A model generated the notes under the pieces. The model worked only from the letters and a program-made list of their open reading frames with translations. It did not search any database and was not told where the DNA came from. The translations under genes and the position numbers were made by a program. DNA of 64,000 nucleotides. Source: Hyalangium minutum (GTDB taxonomy: Bacteria > Myxococcota > Myxococcia > Myxococcales > Myxococcaceae). Numbering within the stretch: the stretch's first letter is position 1; every line of letters starts with the position of its first letter. Where the stretch lies: the NCBI RefSeq assembly GCF_000737315.1, contig NZ_JMCB01000030.1:14558-78557 (forward strand), given 5' to 3'. Below, piece by piece: positions 1-9,000 of the stretch.

Positions 1-1633
1 CGGAGACCTCGCTGAAGGGCACCTTGAGCTGATTGGCGCCGCTCTTCACGGTGCTGCCCCGCGCGTGCGACACCGAGACGAGCATCGCCATGGCCGACAC
101 GGCGTAGCCGCACTCGCGGAACGCGCGAGCGAACTGGTCTCCGGCCTCGCCCGCCTCATCGCCCACGACGATGACAATCAGCCGGGCGGTGGGGGGAAAG
201 GCGACACCGGACTGGTGCAGGGCGCGCACGGCGGCGGCGTGCATGGTGCCACCGCTGGCCTTGATGTCCTTGAGCATGTGCTGAACGGCGGTGCGCGACG
301 GCGCCTTGGGCCGGAGCACCGTGCCCACCGTGTCGAAGGTGGCGATGTGGAGCTTGTCCATCGGGAAGCCCGCGAGGATGCGCGTGAGGGCCTCCTTGGA
401 CTGCTCGATGGCACCCTCCATGGAGCCGGACTTGTCGATGAGGAACATGACGCGCACGTCCGCCTCGCTCGTGGCCTCGGAGACGGCCTTGCGAGCGGCA
501 TTGTCGGCGGCCTCCTCCAGCTTGTCGCGCAGCTCCTTGTTGCGGACGTTCTTCGCCACGTTCAGCGCGCGCTGATCGGTGGACTCGGCGACGGCCTTCT
601 CCCAGCGGGCACGGATCTCAGGCTCGGCCATGAGCCCCAGTTCCTCCAGGGTGGGCGTCATCAGCCGCAGGTCCCGATCCGACAGCGAGGGCAACAGCGT
701 CACCATGATGGCGGGCGTAAGCCCCACATCCTTCGGCAGCCGGCCGACCACCTCCTTATAGGTGAGCTTCTGCGTCTCGATGGCCTCGCAGATCTCCGCC
801 TCGGAGAGCCCGTCGAAGCGCTCGCGCTTCTCCAGCTTCAGTCCCGTGAGGCCCACCTTCCGGTGCCCGCTCGCGGCCTGCTTCTGCTTCCAGCCGAGAA
901 CCTCGAAGAACGCCTGGGACTCGGGCTTGTAGCCCGCCTTGCGAGCGATCTTCTTGATGGTCTCCTTGAAGCCCGCCTTCACCAGGCCCTCGAGCATGGC
1001 GGGGTTCCTCTCGCGGAGCGCCAGCCACTTGGTGGCAGCGCGCTTCCAGCGTCCGAGCGGCGGCTTCTTCGAGCCGGGATCCGAAAAGCCCGCGCGGCGA
1101 TTGAGCGCGGCGATCTCCGGCGTCTCCAGCAGCTCGGCCACGCGGAGCACGCCCTTGGGGGTGAGCATGCGCGTGGACTTCTTCTCGTAGTGCAGGAGCA
1201 TCGCCTCGCCGATGGAGCGGAAGTCATCGTCGAGGAAGGCCACCGAGCCATCGTCCTCGCGCACGGGCTGGCCCGAGCGGCTCTGCACCAGCATGAGCGC
1301 GGCACACGCCACCTTGAGGTCGCGCCACTCGGTCTGAGTCAGCGCGTACGAGGCGAAGTGCGCCATCAGGTCCTGGTTGAGCTGGTAGATCTCCAGCAAG
1401 CGCCGGTAGAGGTTCACAGCGGCCGGGACGAAGAGGCCAGGAGGAACACGCGCGGCGTTGGCGGGGACCGCCGCGTTCCGGCCGCGAGGAGCGGGCTGCC
1501 AGACGTTGCGGACATTGAGGCCGGGGCGGTTGTGCCACAAGTGGGCCGAGGCGCTCAGAACCAGGTCGAGCAGCTTCTCGGCGGGGCCCAGCTGGGCCTC
1601 CGGGAGCAGCGGCGGGTTGCGCGGGGTGTTCAT
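1..1633 (-). CDS. Helical N-terminal region + C-terminal vWA domain protein, possible divergent Ro60/TROVE-like RNA-binding protein (runs off left edge, >=544 aa)
   Basis: Not in the ORF track (no stop in window). Hand translation from ATG 1633 (GGAGG upstream) gives MNTPRNPPLLPEAQLGPAEKLLDLVLSASAHLWHNRPG...VRVMFLIDKSGSMEG (DxSxS MIDAS)...IVIVVGDEAGE; adjacent to permuted tRNA-like RNAs. Confidence 0.85.
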   Translation of the reverse strand, partial: MNTPRNPPLLPEAQLGPAEKLLDLVLSASAHLWHNRPGLNVRNVWQPAPRGRNAAVPANAARVPPGLFVPAAVNLYRRLLEIYQLNQDLMAHFASYALTQTEWRDLKVACAALMLVQSRSGQPVREDDGSVAFLDDDFRSIGEAMLLHYEKKSTRMLTPKGVLRVAELLETPEIAALNRRAGFSDPGSKKPPLGRWKRAATKWLALRERNPAMLEGLVKAGFKETIKKIARKAGYKPESQAFFEVLGWKQKQAASGHRKVGLTGLKLEKRERFDGLSEAEICEAIETQKLTYKEVVGRLPKDVGLTPAIMVTLLPSLSDRDLRLMTPTLEELGLMAEPEIRARWEKAVAESTDQRALNVAKNVRNKELRDKLEEAADNAARKAVSEATSEADVRVMFLIDKSGSMEGAIEQSKEALTRILAGFPMDKLHIATFDTVGTVLRPKAPSRTAVQHMLKDIKASGGTMHAAAVRALHQSGVAFPPTARLIVIVVGDEAGEAGDQFARAFRECGYAVSAMAMLVSVSHARGSTVKSGANQLKVPFSEVS

Positions 1634-1641
1634 GGGAGTCC

Positions 1642-1703
1642 CTCCGAGCGGGCAGTCTCCCCGAAACACGGCCTGGCGCGCGACCCTTTCTGCCGCTGCG
1701 GAG
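1642..1703 (-). promoter_or_regulatory. Leader stem-loop overlapping the RBS of the vWA gene
   Basis: Minus strand CTCCG-C-AGCG-GCAG pairs with CTGC-C-CGCT-CGGAG; the 3' arm contains GGAG of the Shine-Dalgarno site. Confidence 0.55.
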
Positions 1704-1715
1704 TGGAAGAAGTAT

Positions 1716-1849
1716 GCGCCCGAGTGAAGAAGCCTTGTTTTTAGACCCGCGCTCTAACCACTGAGCTATCTCCCGATGGTCGGGAGAGCCGGATTCGAAC
1801 CGGCGGCTTCAGGTTCCCAAGTGCTTGTATGGCCTCTTCGGCCGGACGC
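1716..1849 (-). ncRNA. YrlA-like RNA containing a circularly permuted tRNA-Pro(UGG)-like module
   Basis: Order on minus strand: scaffold, CTTGGGA, ACCTG, AAGCC, T-arm GCCGG-TTCGAAT-CCGGC, TCTCCCG-A-CCA-T-CGGGAGA, TA, D-arm GCTC-AGTGGTTA-GAGC, G, CGGGT, scaffold; ends pair (GCGTCC/GGGCGC). Confidence 0.85.
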
Positions 1850-1872
1850 GAATTCGTCAGAGAAAAATTGAA

Positions 1873-2005
1873 ACGCCCGAGTGGGGAAGCCGTTGACGTC
1901 TCGAGTCGAAGTCGAGTGCCTGTCCATTAGGCTATCCCGTCATATGGTGACGGGAGTTGGAGTCGAACCAACATAAGGGCTTGTATGGCCTCTCCGGCCG
2001 GGCGC
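1873..2005 (-). ncRNA. YrlA-like RNA containing a circularly permuted tRNA-Arg(UCG)-like module
   Basis: Order: scaffold, T-arm GTTGG-TTCGACT-CCAAC, TCCCGTC-A-CCA-TAT-GACGGGA, TA, D-arm GCCT-AATGGAC-AGGC, A, anticodon arm CTCGA-CTTCGAC-TCGAG, scaffold; ends pair (GCGCCC/GGGCGT). Confidence 0.85.
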
Positions 2006-2050
2006 TTCAAAACCGTTTACCGATACCTCGAAGGACGCGGCGGCGCGGCC

Positions 2051-2063
2051 CCCCTGACAGGGG
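2051..2063. promoter_or_regulatory. Palindrome CCCCTGACAGGGG followed by a T-run (operator or terminator-like)
   Basis: 6-bp inverted arms around one base, between divergent transcription units. Confidence 0.35.
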
Positions 2064-2167
2064 ATTTTTTTGGCCATTCCTCCTCGGATTTCTGAGGCGG
2101 CCGCGACTCCAAACCCGCGAGCTTCCATGTGGCCCTCGCGGGAATGGGCCTTGCAGCCAGGAGCGGT

Positions 2168-2509
2168 ATGCGAAAGAGCCTGCTTCTCTTCCTGATGTTC
2201 AGCGCCACGGCCTGCGGAGGAATGCTCGGGTCCGACGTGACGGGCCAGTCCTCGAATCCGGGCACCTACCGCATCTCGGACAGCGGCGTTCGCTGCGTCA
2301 CGGCACCGTGCCCTTCTCTGCTCGCCACCCCGGAGGGTTCGGAGAAGGGCGTGCGAATCAGCGAGATCCACTTCCCTGCTTCGATGCTGGAGGCAGATCG
2401 GCGGGGCGTCATCAGCCGGGCGGCCACCTCCGGAGGACTGGTGGCGCGCGGGACCGTGCACGGAGCGGAAGGCACGGGCGTGTTCGAGCTCGAGGCCATC
2501 ATCGAGTAG
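2168..2509 (+). CDS. Small lipoprotein with CVTAPC motif (DUF6748-like)
   Basis: MRKSLLLFLMFSATAC lipobox; GVRCVTAPCPS motif. Confidence 0.7.
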   Translation: MRKSLLLFLMFSATACGGMLGSDVTGQSSNPGTYRISDSGVRCVTAPCPSLLATPEGSEKGVRISEIHFPASMLEADRRGVISRAATSGGLVARGTVHGAEGTGVFELEAIIE

Positions 2510-2585
2510 AGCGCCCGCGGCCGAAATGAAGAGAGCCACCGCCCAGACAGGCGCGGTGGCTCGAGACTTCAGGCTCGCTCAGCCG

Positions 2586-4898
2586 CTACTCGTAGATGGC
2601 CTGGAACTGAACCACGGGCGAGGTGGAGAAGCCGTGGTTGGCCTTCAACTCCACGGTGGAGGTGACGGGGCCACCAACACCGGACCCTCCCGTGAGCCGG
2701 ACGTTGGCGATTTGGCCGCCCGGCAGGAAGTTGAACTCCGCCGACCGCACGCACCGGGTGGCCGCCGGCGAGGTGGAAGAGTTCGGCGGCGTGGGCTTAC
2801 CTGTGTCGCACAGGGCTCCCAGCCGGACGGTGCCATCCGGCTGGGTGGTGCCCTCGCGCTTCACGTAGTTGATGGTGAAGCCACCGTAGGCAAACGCGTT
2901 CGCGTCGCTGGTCACAGACACCTGGCCACGGGTGCCCGTCTTCGTCACGCCGAAGCTGGCGCTGTCCGGAGACATCCGGTTGTAGTACGCGTCCGCCCAG
3001 CGAACGCTCACGTCGACAATGCCTCCCGCGGGCACGGAGTACGGCTGGTCCGGCGGGGTGTAGACGAGGTACCGCTCCGACGCCATCCCCGCTCCCGTGT
3101 AGAGCGGACCGCTGTAGACGATGTGGATCGAGCGCCAGATCTGCGTGTTGTTGTCCCAGCACCCGTTGGGGCCGTCCCACCGGTTGTTCTTCGCCGGGGG
3201 AGCGTTGGGGTTGGAGCAGTCCACGCGCTCGGTGTCGATGAAGGACTCGCCCGGATCCCAGACGCCGTTGTCATTGCGATCCACCAGCGGCTCGCCCAGG
3301 TCGGTGAACCACTCGCCCGGATCCCAGCGGCCGTTGGTCTGCCCCGCGGTCGGGCCACTGCCGGAGCCGTCCACGAACTCCTCCTCACCGGCCACCACGG
3401 CGATCACCGTCACCGTCATGTCGCGCGGGTTGCGGCCGTTCGGGTCGGTCGGGTCACCTTGGTACATCTCGGACGGGTTGGAGGTGGTCAGCGGCGTGAC
3501 GGCGTAGGGAGGGAAAGCGCCGTTGGTGCTGAAGGTGGTGACGGCATCGCCCGTGTCGGCGGAGGGCGTGGTGCCCTGCTGGGGCCTGGAGTCCACCGGG
3601 CTGTTGATGGAGCCCGCCTCGGCGTACCACTGGACGGGGGTGGCCAGACCGACCGGGTTGCTGAAGCGATCCACCAGCTTGGCCTTGCACTGGGTGTTCA
3701 CCACACGAGGCGGAGGCAGTGCGTGGAGCGCGCCCAGGTTCTTGAGGGTGCAGTCCACCGACAGGCCCGTGTCCGACGGCTTGCCGCCCACGATGGGCGT
3801 GCCCGGGTGGTTGGCGGAGACCTCGGGCGTCGAGCCCCGCGTGGCGGTGACCGTGGCCTTGACGATGGCCACGCCCACGGAGTTGCCCGAGCGCAGCGTG
3901 GTGGAGACGACACCATTGTTGTCGCTGACGGCGGTCGGCGTGACGGACGCGCCGGCCGCGCCAGACACCTCGAAGCTCACCTCCACGCCCGGGACAGGCT
4001 GCTGCGCGGAGTTGGTGATCTTGAAGTTGACCGGCGTGGTCGTCTCACGGCCGGAGCTGTCGAGGCCCAGCAGGGCCTTGGCGGAGCCGGTCACGTACAC
4101 GATGGAGGAGATGGCCGAGAAGGGCAGGTCCTTGATGCCGGTGCCGTCCCCATAGGTGGCGGTGATGCGCGCCGTGCCCGGCGGCGTGTTGGCCACATAG
4201 ATGGACACCTGGGCCTTGCCTGTGGAGTCCGTGGTCGCCGTGGCAGTCTGGGTGCCCTGCGCGGGGGTGAACGAGCCCAGCGTGGTGTTGAAGGTCACCG
4301 AGGCGTTGGCCTCCGGGGCGCCACCCGCGGTGCGGGTCACCGTGGCGGTGACCACGGTGGTGTCGCCCGTGTTCGCCACCAGGAGAGGCTTGGTCGTCGT
4401 GACGACGGTGGTGTAGGTGCCCGTGGTGCCACCGCCACCGTCCGGAGTGCCGCCGTCCGGCTTGGGAGTGGTCCCGCCATCCGTGCCACCATCCCGAGGA
4501 GGCGTGCCCGAGCCGACCGTCAACGTCACGCTGGTGACCTCGGTGCCCCACGTGCCGTCGATGCGCACGTTGCCCGCGCACTTGGCATCCGCCCCCTTGT
4601 TGCAGAGGAAGCCGGTGGAGGCCTTACCCGCCGCCAGGGGCAGGGTCTCCTCGGTGGCCCCCGAGGTGAACACGCCAGCCGTGGCCTTCAGGACCACCGT
4701 GCCCGTACCCGCCGTGCCATCCGCGTTCTTCGCGGTGACATCGATCTGGGAGATCTGCCCCTGATCATTGATCTGCCGGGGATTGGCGGAGATGAGGAAC
4801 TCGGGCGCCTGGGGTTCCGGCGTTTCGCCGCCGCACGCAGCGACGACCCCCAGGGCTATGGCGAGGGCAAGGCCCACGCGCAAAATGGGACGGTGCAT
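2586..4898 (-). CDS. Large lipoprotein with invasin/Big_1 Ig-like domains and DxNxNGxWD Ca-binding-like repeats
   Basis: Lipobox VVAAC; ATATTDSTGKAQV and AVSDNNGVVSTTL Ig motifs; DGG linker; NGRWDPGE/DRNDNGVWDPGE. Confidence 0.8.
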   Translation of the reverse strand: MHRPILRVGLALAIALGVVAACGGETPEPQAPEFLISANPRQINDQGQISQIDVTAKNADGTAGTGTVVLKATAGVFTSGATEETLPLAAGKASTGFLCNKGADAKCAGNVRIDGTWGTEVTSVTLTVGSGTPPRDGGTDGGTTPKPDGGTPDGGGGTTGTYTTVVTTTKPLLVANTGDTTVVTATVTRTAGGAPEANASVTFNTTLGSFTPAQGTQTATATTDSTGKAQVSIYVANTPPGTARITATYGDGTGIKDLPFSAISSIVYVTGSAKALLGLDSSGRETTTPVNFKITNSAQQPVPGVEVSFEVSGAAGASVTPTAVSDNNGVVSTTLRSGNSVGVAIVKATVTATRGSTPEVSANHPGTPIVGGKPSDTGLSVDCTLKNLGALHALPPPRVVNTQCKAKLVDRFSNPVGLATPVQWYAEAGSINSPVDSRPQQGTTPSADTGDAVTTFSTNGAFPPYAVTPLTTSNPSEMYQGDPTDPNGRNPRDMTVTVIAVVAGEEEFVDGSGSGPTAGQTNGRWDPGEWFTDLGEPLVDRNDNGVWDPGESFIDTERVDCSNPNAPPAKNNRWDGPNGCWDNNTQIWRSIHIVYSGPLYTGAGMASERYLVYTPPDQPYSVPAGGIVDVSVRWADAYYNRMSPDSASFGVTKTGTRGQVSVTSDANAFAYGGFTINYVKREGTTQPDGTVRLGALCDTGKPTPPNSSTSPAATRCVRSAEFNFLPGGQIANVRLTGGSGVGGPVTSTVELKANHGFSTSPVVQFQAIYE

Positions 4899-5046
4899 TG
4901 TCGTTGGACTCCTAAGAAAGGGAGGGCGGGAGTATTTCGGCTCCGGGGCCCGTCGTCAAAGCGACACTCCTATTGCAGCCACACTCCACCAATGGGCCAG
5001 GAGTGGAATGCACGGCGAGGAACAGCGCCTGTTATAGGAGGGAAGG

Positions 5047-5847
5047 ATGTCAGCCAACGCGAAGGCGCGGCCAGAGCTCAGCAGAGCCCACGTCACTGAG
5101 CAGCTCCGCGCACTGGGAGTCCGTGAGGGCGGCGTTCTGGTGGTGCACACGTCCTTCCGAGCGGTGCGGCCGGTGGAGGGCGGGCCTCTTGGGTTGATCT
5201 CTGCCCTGCGAGAGGCACTGGGGCCAGACGGAACGCTGGTCCTGCCGTCGGGCAGCGGCAACGACGACGAGCCATTTGATCCCCGAACCACGCCCGTGCG
5301 GGACGACTTGGGCATCGTCCCCGAGCTGTTCTGGCGTCAGCCCGGAGTCCTCCGAGGCCTTCACCATTTCGACGGCTTCGCGGCCGTCGGGCCGAGAGCG
5401 GCCGAGATCGTCAACGCGCCGCTCAAGCTGCCCCCCTCCGCGCCGGGAAGTCCGATCAGCGTCGTGCATGATTTGGACGGACAGGTGCTGTTGCTCGGCG
5501 TGGGCCATGACAGCAACACGATGCTGCACCTGGCCGAGCTCATGGGCGGCGCGCCCTATCGCGTTCCCCACCATTACACGGTGCTCCAGGACGGGAAGCC
5601 GATCCGGATCGACTATCTGGAAAATGATCACTGCTGCGAGGGTTTCTCGAAGATGGACGCGTGGCTGCAAGCCGCGGGCCTCCAATCGGAAGGACGGGTC
5701 GGCCACGCACAGGCTCGGCTGGCGCGCGCGCAGGACCTGGTACGCATCGCCGTCAAGCACCTGGCGACGGATCCGCTCGTGTTCCTCCATCCCGTAGAGA
5801 CGGGCTGCGAGGAGTGCGGCGTGGCCCGGGCGAGCGTGAGGGGCTGA
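5047..5847 (+). CDS. aac(3): Aminoglycoside 3-N-acetyltransferase, AAC(3)-IV-like
   Basis: VHTSFRAVRP, DDEPFDP, GQVLLLGVGHDSNTMLHLAE, DYLENDHCC, FLHPVETGCEEC match the AAC(3)-IV pattern. Confidence 0.9.
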   Translation: MSANAKARPELSRAHVTEQLRALGVREGGVLVVHTSFRAVRPVEGGPLGLISALREALGPDGTLVLPSGSGNDDEPFDPRTTPVRDDLGIVPELFWRQPGVLRGLHHFDGFAAVGPRAAEIVNAPLKLPPSAPGSPISVVHDLDGQVLLLGVGHDSNTMLHLAELMGGAPYRVPHHYTVLQDGKPIRIDYLENDHCCEGFSKMDAWLQAAGLQSEGRVGHAQARLARAQDLVRIAVKHLATDPLVFLHPVETGCEECGVARASVRG

Positions 5848-6025
5848 CGGGCGCTCGTGCCGGTGGTGCAGCAGAACCGCAGCCCACCTGACACTCCCCC
5901 AGCCCCGGTAGACCATTATTTCCGAGCCGGAAACCCTTTACACGACTCCTCTACATCCAGGGCACGTACGCGGCGTCGCTGGATGAACGCCAGGGTGTTG
6001 AACCTGGCTCTCGTGGGGGGGTGCC

Positions 6026-9000
6026 GTGAAGAGAACGATTCCGTGGATCGCAGGGGTGTTGATCCTCCTGGCCGTGGGCGCGGTGGTGCCCATGCAGGAG
6101 CAGGAGGATTCACCCGTTCCTGATGCTCCGGAGCCCACTCATGGCACGTGCGCCCGGACCCTCTCCGCCAACGTGGTGGTGCTGGACCAGCCGCTGATGT
6201 TCAACCGGCTGGGTGCCCAGAACGTCAACGGCATCGTCTACGCGCTGACCCGGGACGTCATCAACATGAAAACGGGCCGGCCGCTGACGCAGGGAGGCGC
6301 GCCCGTGCCGGGAGAGGTGATCCTGCGTCCGGACAAGCGGCCCCGGCCGCTGGTGCTGCGCGCCGCCGCGGGAGACTGCCTGCGGGTGCGCCTCACCAAC
6401 CTGCTCACGCCCGTGGCCAACCCCCGGGACACACCCAACATCTTCAATCTCCTGCCCTTCCGGATTCCCATCGATGATCAGGTGGCCAGCCGCGTGGCGG
6501 GCTTCACCGTGCCAGGCCTGCAGCTGGTCGGCAGCATCGCCAGCGACAGCTCCTTCGTTGGCACCAACGGCAACAGCCTGGTGCGCCCGGGCCAGACCGC
6601 CGTCTATACGCTGCTGGCCCCCAAGGAGGGCACGTTTCTGGTGACGAGCGACGGGGCCACCTTCGGAGGCGAGGCGGGCGCTGGCAACAGCGGAAACGGC
6701 ATGTTCGCGGCCATCAACGTGGAGCCCCCAGGCGCCAACTTCTACCGCAGCCAGGTCACGGAGGAGGAGCTGCGCCTGGCCACCACCGGAACGAGCCCCA
6801 CCGGTCAGCCGGTGATCAACTACGAGGCGGTCTACCCCAACAAAGAGCCCTGGCTGAGGGAGGGCAAGAGTGGCCTGCCCATCCTCAACATGCTGTGGGG
6901 CAAAGAGCTGGTCCACACGGATATCGCCGCGATCATCGTGGGGCCCAAGCCGGATGGCTCCTTCCCACCGAACACCTATCCACTGGAGAGCGTGGGCAAG
7001 CGCAACCCCAGCCTGCCCAACCGCCTGGAGGCCTTCCGCGAAAACACCGCCCTCTTCCATGACGAGGCCTCCGCGGCCAACGCCTTCCAGGGCTTCTTCC
7101 TGGATCCTGTCTTCCGCTTCACGCTGCAGGGCGTGCGGGACGCCTTCATGATCAACTACGGCTCGGGAGGCATCGGCTCGGAGATCATCGCCAACCGCCT
7201 GTCCGTGGGGCCCATGCATGACTGCCTGGACTGCGCCTACGAGGAGTTCTTCCTGAGCTCCTTCACGGTGGGGGATCCGGCCATGCTGGTGGACGTGCCG
7301 GCCAACCTGGGGCTGGAGGCCCTGCCGCCGGGTGCCACGCCGCCGCCCGGGACCACCGGGCCCAAGGCCACCAAGGCCTTCTACCCGGACGATCCCAGCA
7401 ACGTCTTCCACAGTTACACCCGGGACTTCGTGAAGATGCGCAACGTGCACGTGGGCAAGGAGCAGCACGTCTTCCACCTGCACAACCACCAGTGGCTGTT
7501 CAACCCCAACGACGACAACTCCAACTACATCGATGCGCAGGGCATCGGGCCAGGCTCGGGCTACACATACGAGCTCGTCTTCGGGGGCGCGGGCAACCGC
7601 AACCACACCGCGGGCGACGCCATCTTCCACTGTCACTTCTATCCTCACTTCGCCCAGGGCATGTGGGCGCTGCTGCGCGTCCACGACACGTTCGAGGCGG
7701 GCACGAAGCTGGCCGCGAGCGGCTCGGGCTTCCACACCGCGCCCTTCGGCTTGCAGGACGGAACGCCCGCCGCCTCCAGCCGCGCCCTGCCGGATGGAGA
7801 GATCGTCGCCGGCACGCCCATTCCCGCAGTGGTGCCGCTGCCCGGCAGGCCCATGGCGCCCATGCCCGGAAAGGTCGAGGTGGTGCCCAACCCGAACACC
7901 ACCACGGCCTCCGTTTTCCACCCGCTCAGCCCAGGAGCGCCCGTGCCGGTGGGCAGCAACGCGCGCGTCGTCCAGCGCGCCATCAACCCCGGCTATCCGT
8001 TCTTCATCGGCGGCATCGAGAACACCGTGGGCCAACGTCCGCCCACGCCTCCCCTGGACATGCTCACCGAGGCGGAGGCCGCAGCGCTCCAGGCCGGCAC
8101 CAACCCGCTGTTCGCGGGGCGGACGGACCTGGTGACTGGAGCGGGAGGCTTCAACGGAGGGCTGCCCCGGCACACGCTGGAGGGCGTGGCCGCGGGCGGC
8201 GAGGCCCTCTCCGTCGTGAGCCGCCTGGACTTCAACAAGGAGCTCGTGAAGGCCCGGCCCGTGTACCTCCCCGAGCAGGGAACAGACGTGGAGCAGACGG
8301 CCATGCGCTTCCACGCGACGCCCTCGCACCCGAGCACGACGCTGCTGCGCAACGGCACCCCGATGGCCGGCACCTTCGCCAGCAATGGCCTGCCTCCCTC
8401 CCCCAGCGCCCCGTACTTCGAGCCATGCCGGGATGACGCGGGCAACCCGGTACGCGCGGGCGTGCCTCCGCGCTTCTTCGATGGCTCCGGAGGCCTGAGC
8501 ACCACCGGCCCTGTGCGGTTCGGCATCGCCAACCCGCGCGTCTACAAGGCCGCCAACATCCAGCTCGACGTGGTGTTCAACAAGGTGGGCTACCACTTCT
8601 CACAGGAGCGCATCCTCAGCCTCTGGGAGGACGTGCAGCCCACCCTCAACAAGCAACGGCCCCCCGAGCCCTTCGTCCTCCGGTTCAACACCTTCGACTG
8701 CGGCAAGTACCTGCACACCAACCTCGTCCCCGCGAGGTACGAGCTGGACGACTACCAGGTGCGCACGCCCACCGACGTCATCGGGCAGCACATCCACCTG
8801 CCCAAGTGGGACCTGCCCTCCACCGACGGCGCCGCCAACGGCTGGAACTATGAGGATGGCACCCTGTCACCGGACGCAGTGCGCGAGCGAATCACGGCCA
8901 TCAACGCGTTCAACTCCACGCCGGGCGTCACCCCGGTGCCCACGCTGGACGGGCAACTCACTCTCACCGCCCTGCCCCACCCCTTCTTCGGCGCAGGCCC

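Noticed and set aside
65-1744. 559-aa plus-strand ORF
   Set aside because: Antisense shadow of the vWA gene; no motifs, typical of high-GC DNA
1777-1805. Attachment-site duplicate of tRNA-Pro(CGG) defining an island 1.8-17.9 kb
   Set aside because: Several mismatches to 17926-17954, explained by shared Pro identity; it is embedded in a full permuted module and no integrase lies in the interval
1716-2005. CRISPR array or ordinary tRNA genes
   Set aside because: Only two units, with structured tRNA-like interiors in permuted order; acceptor strands pair within each unit, not across units; no cas genes
1940-2539. ORFs 1940-2539(-) and 1957-2529(+)
   Set aside because: Overlap the ncRNA and the lipoprotein gene; no protein features
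2526-5099. 857-aa plus-strand ORF
   Set aside because: Shadow of the minus-strand lipoprotein
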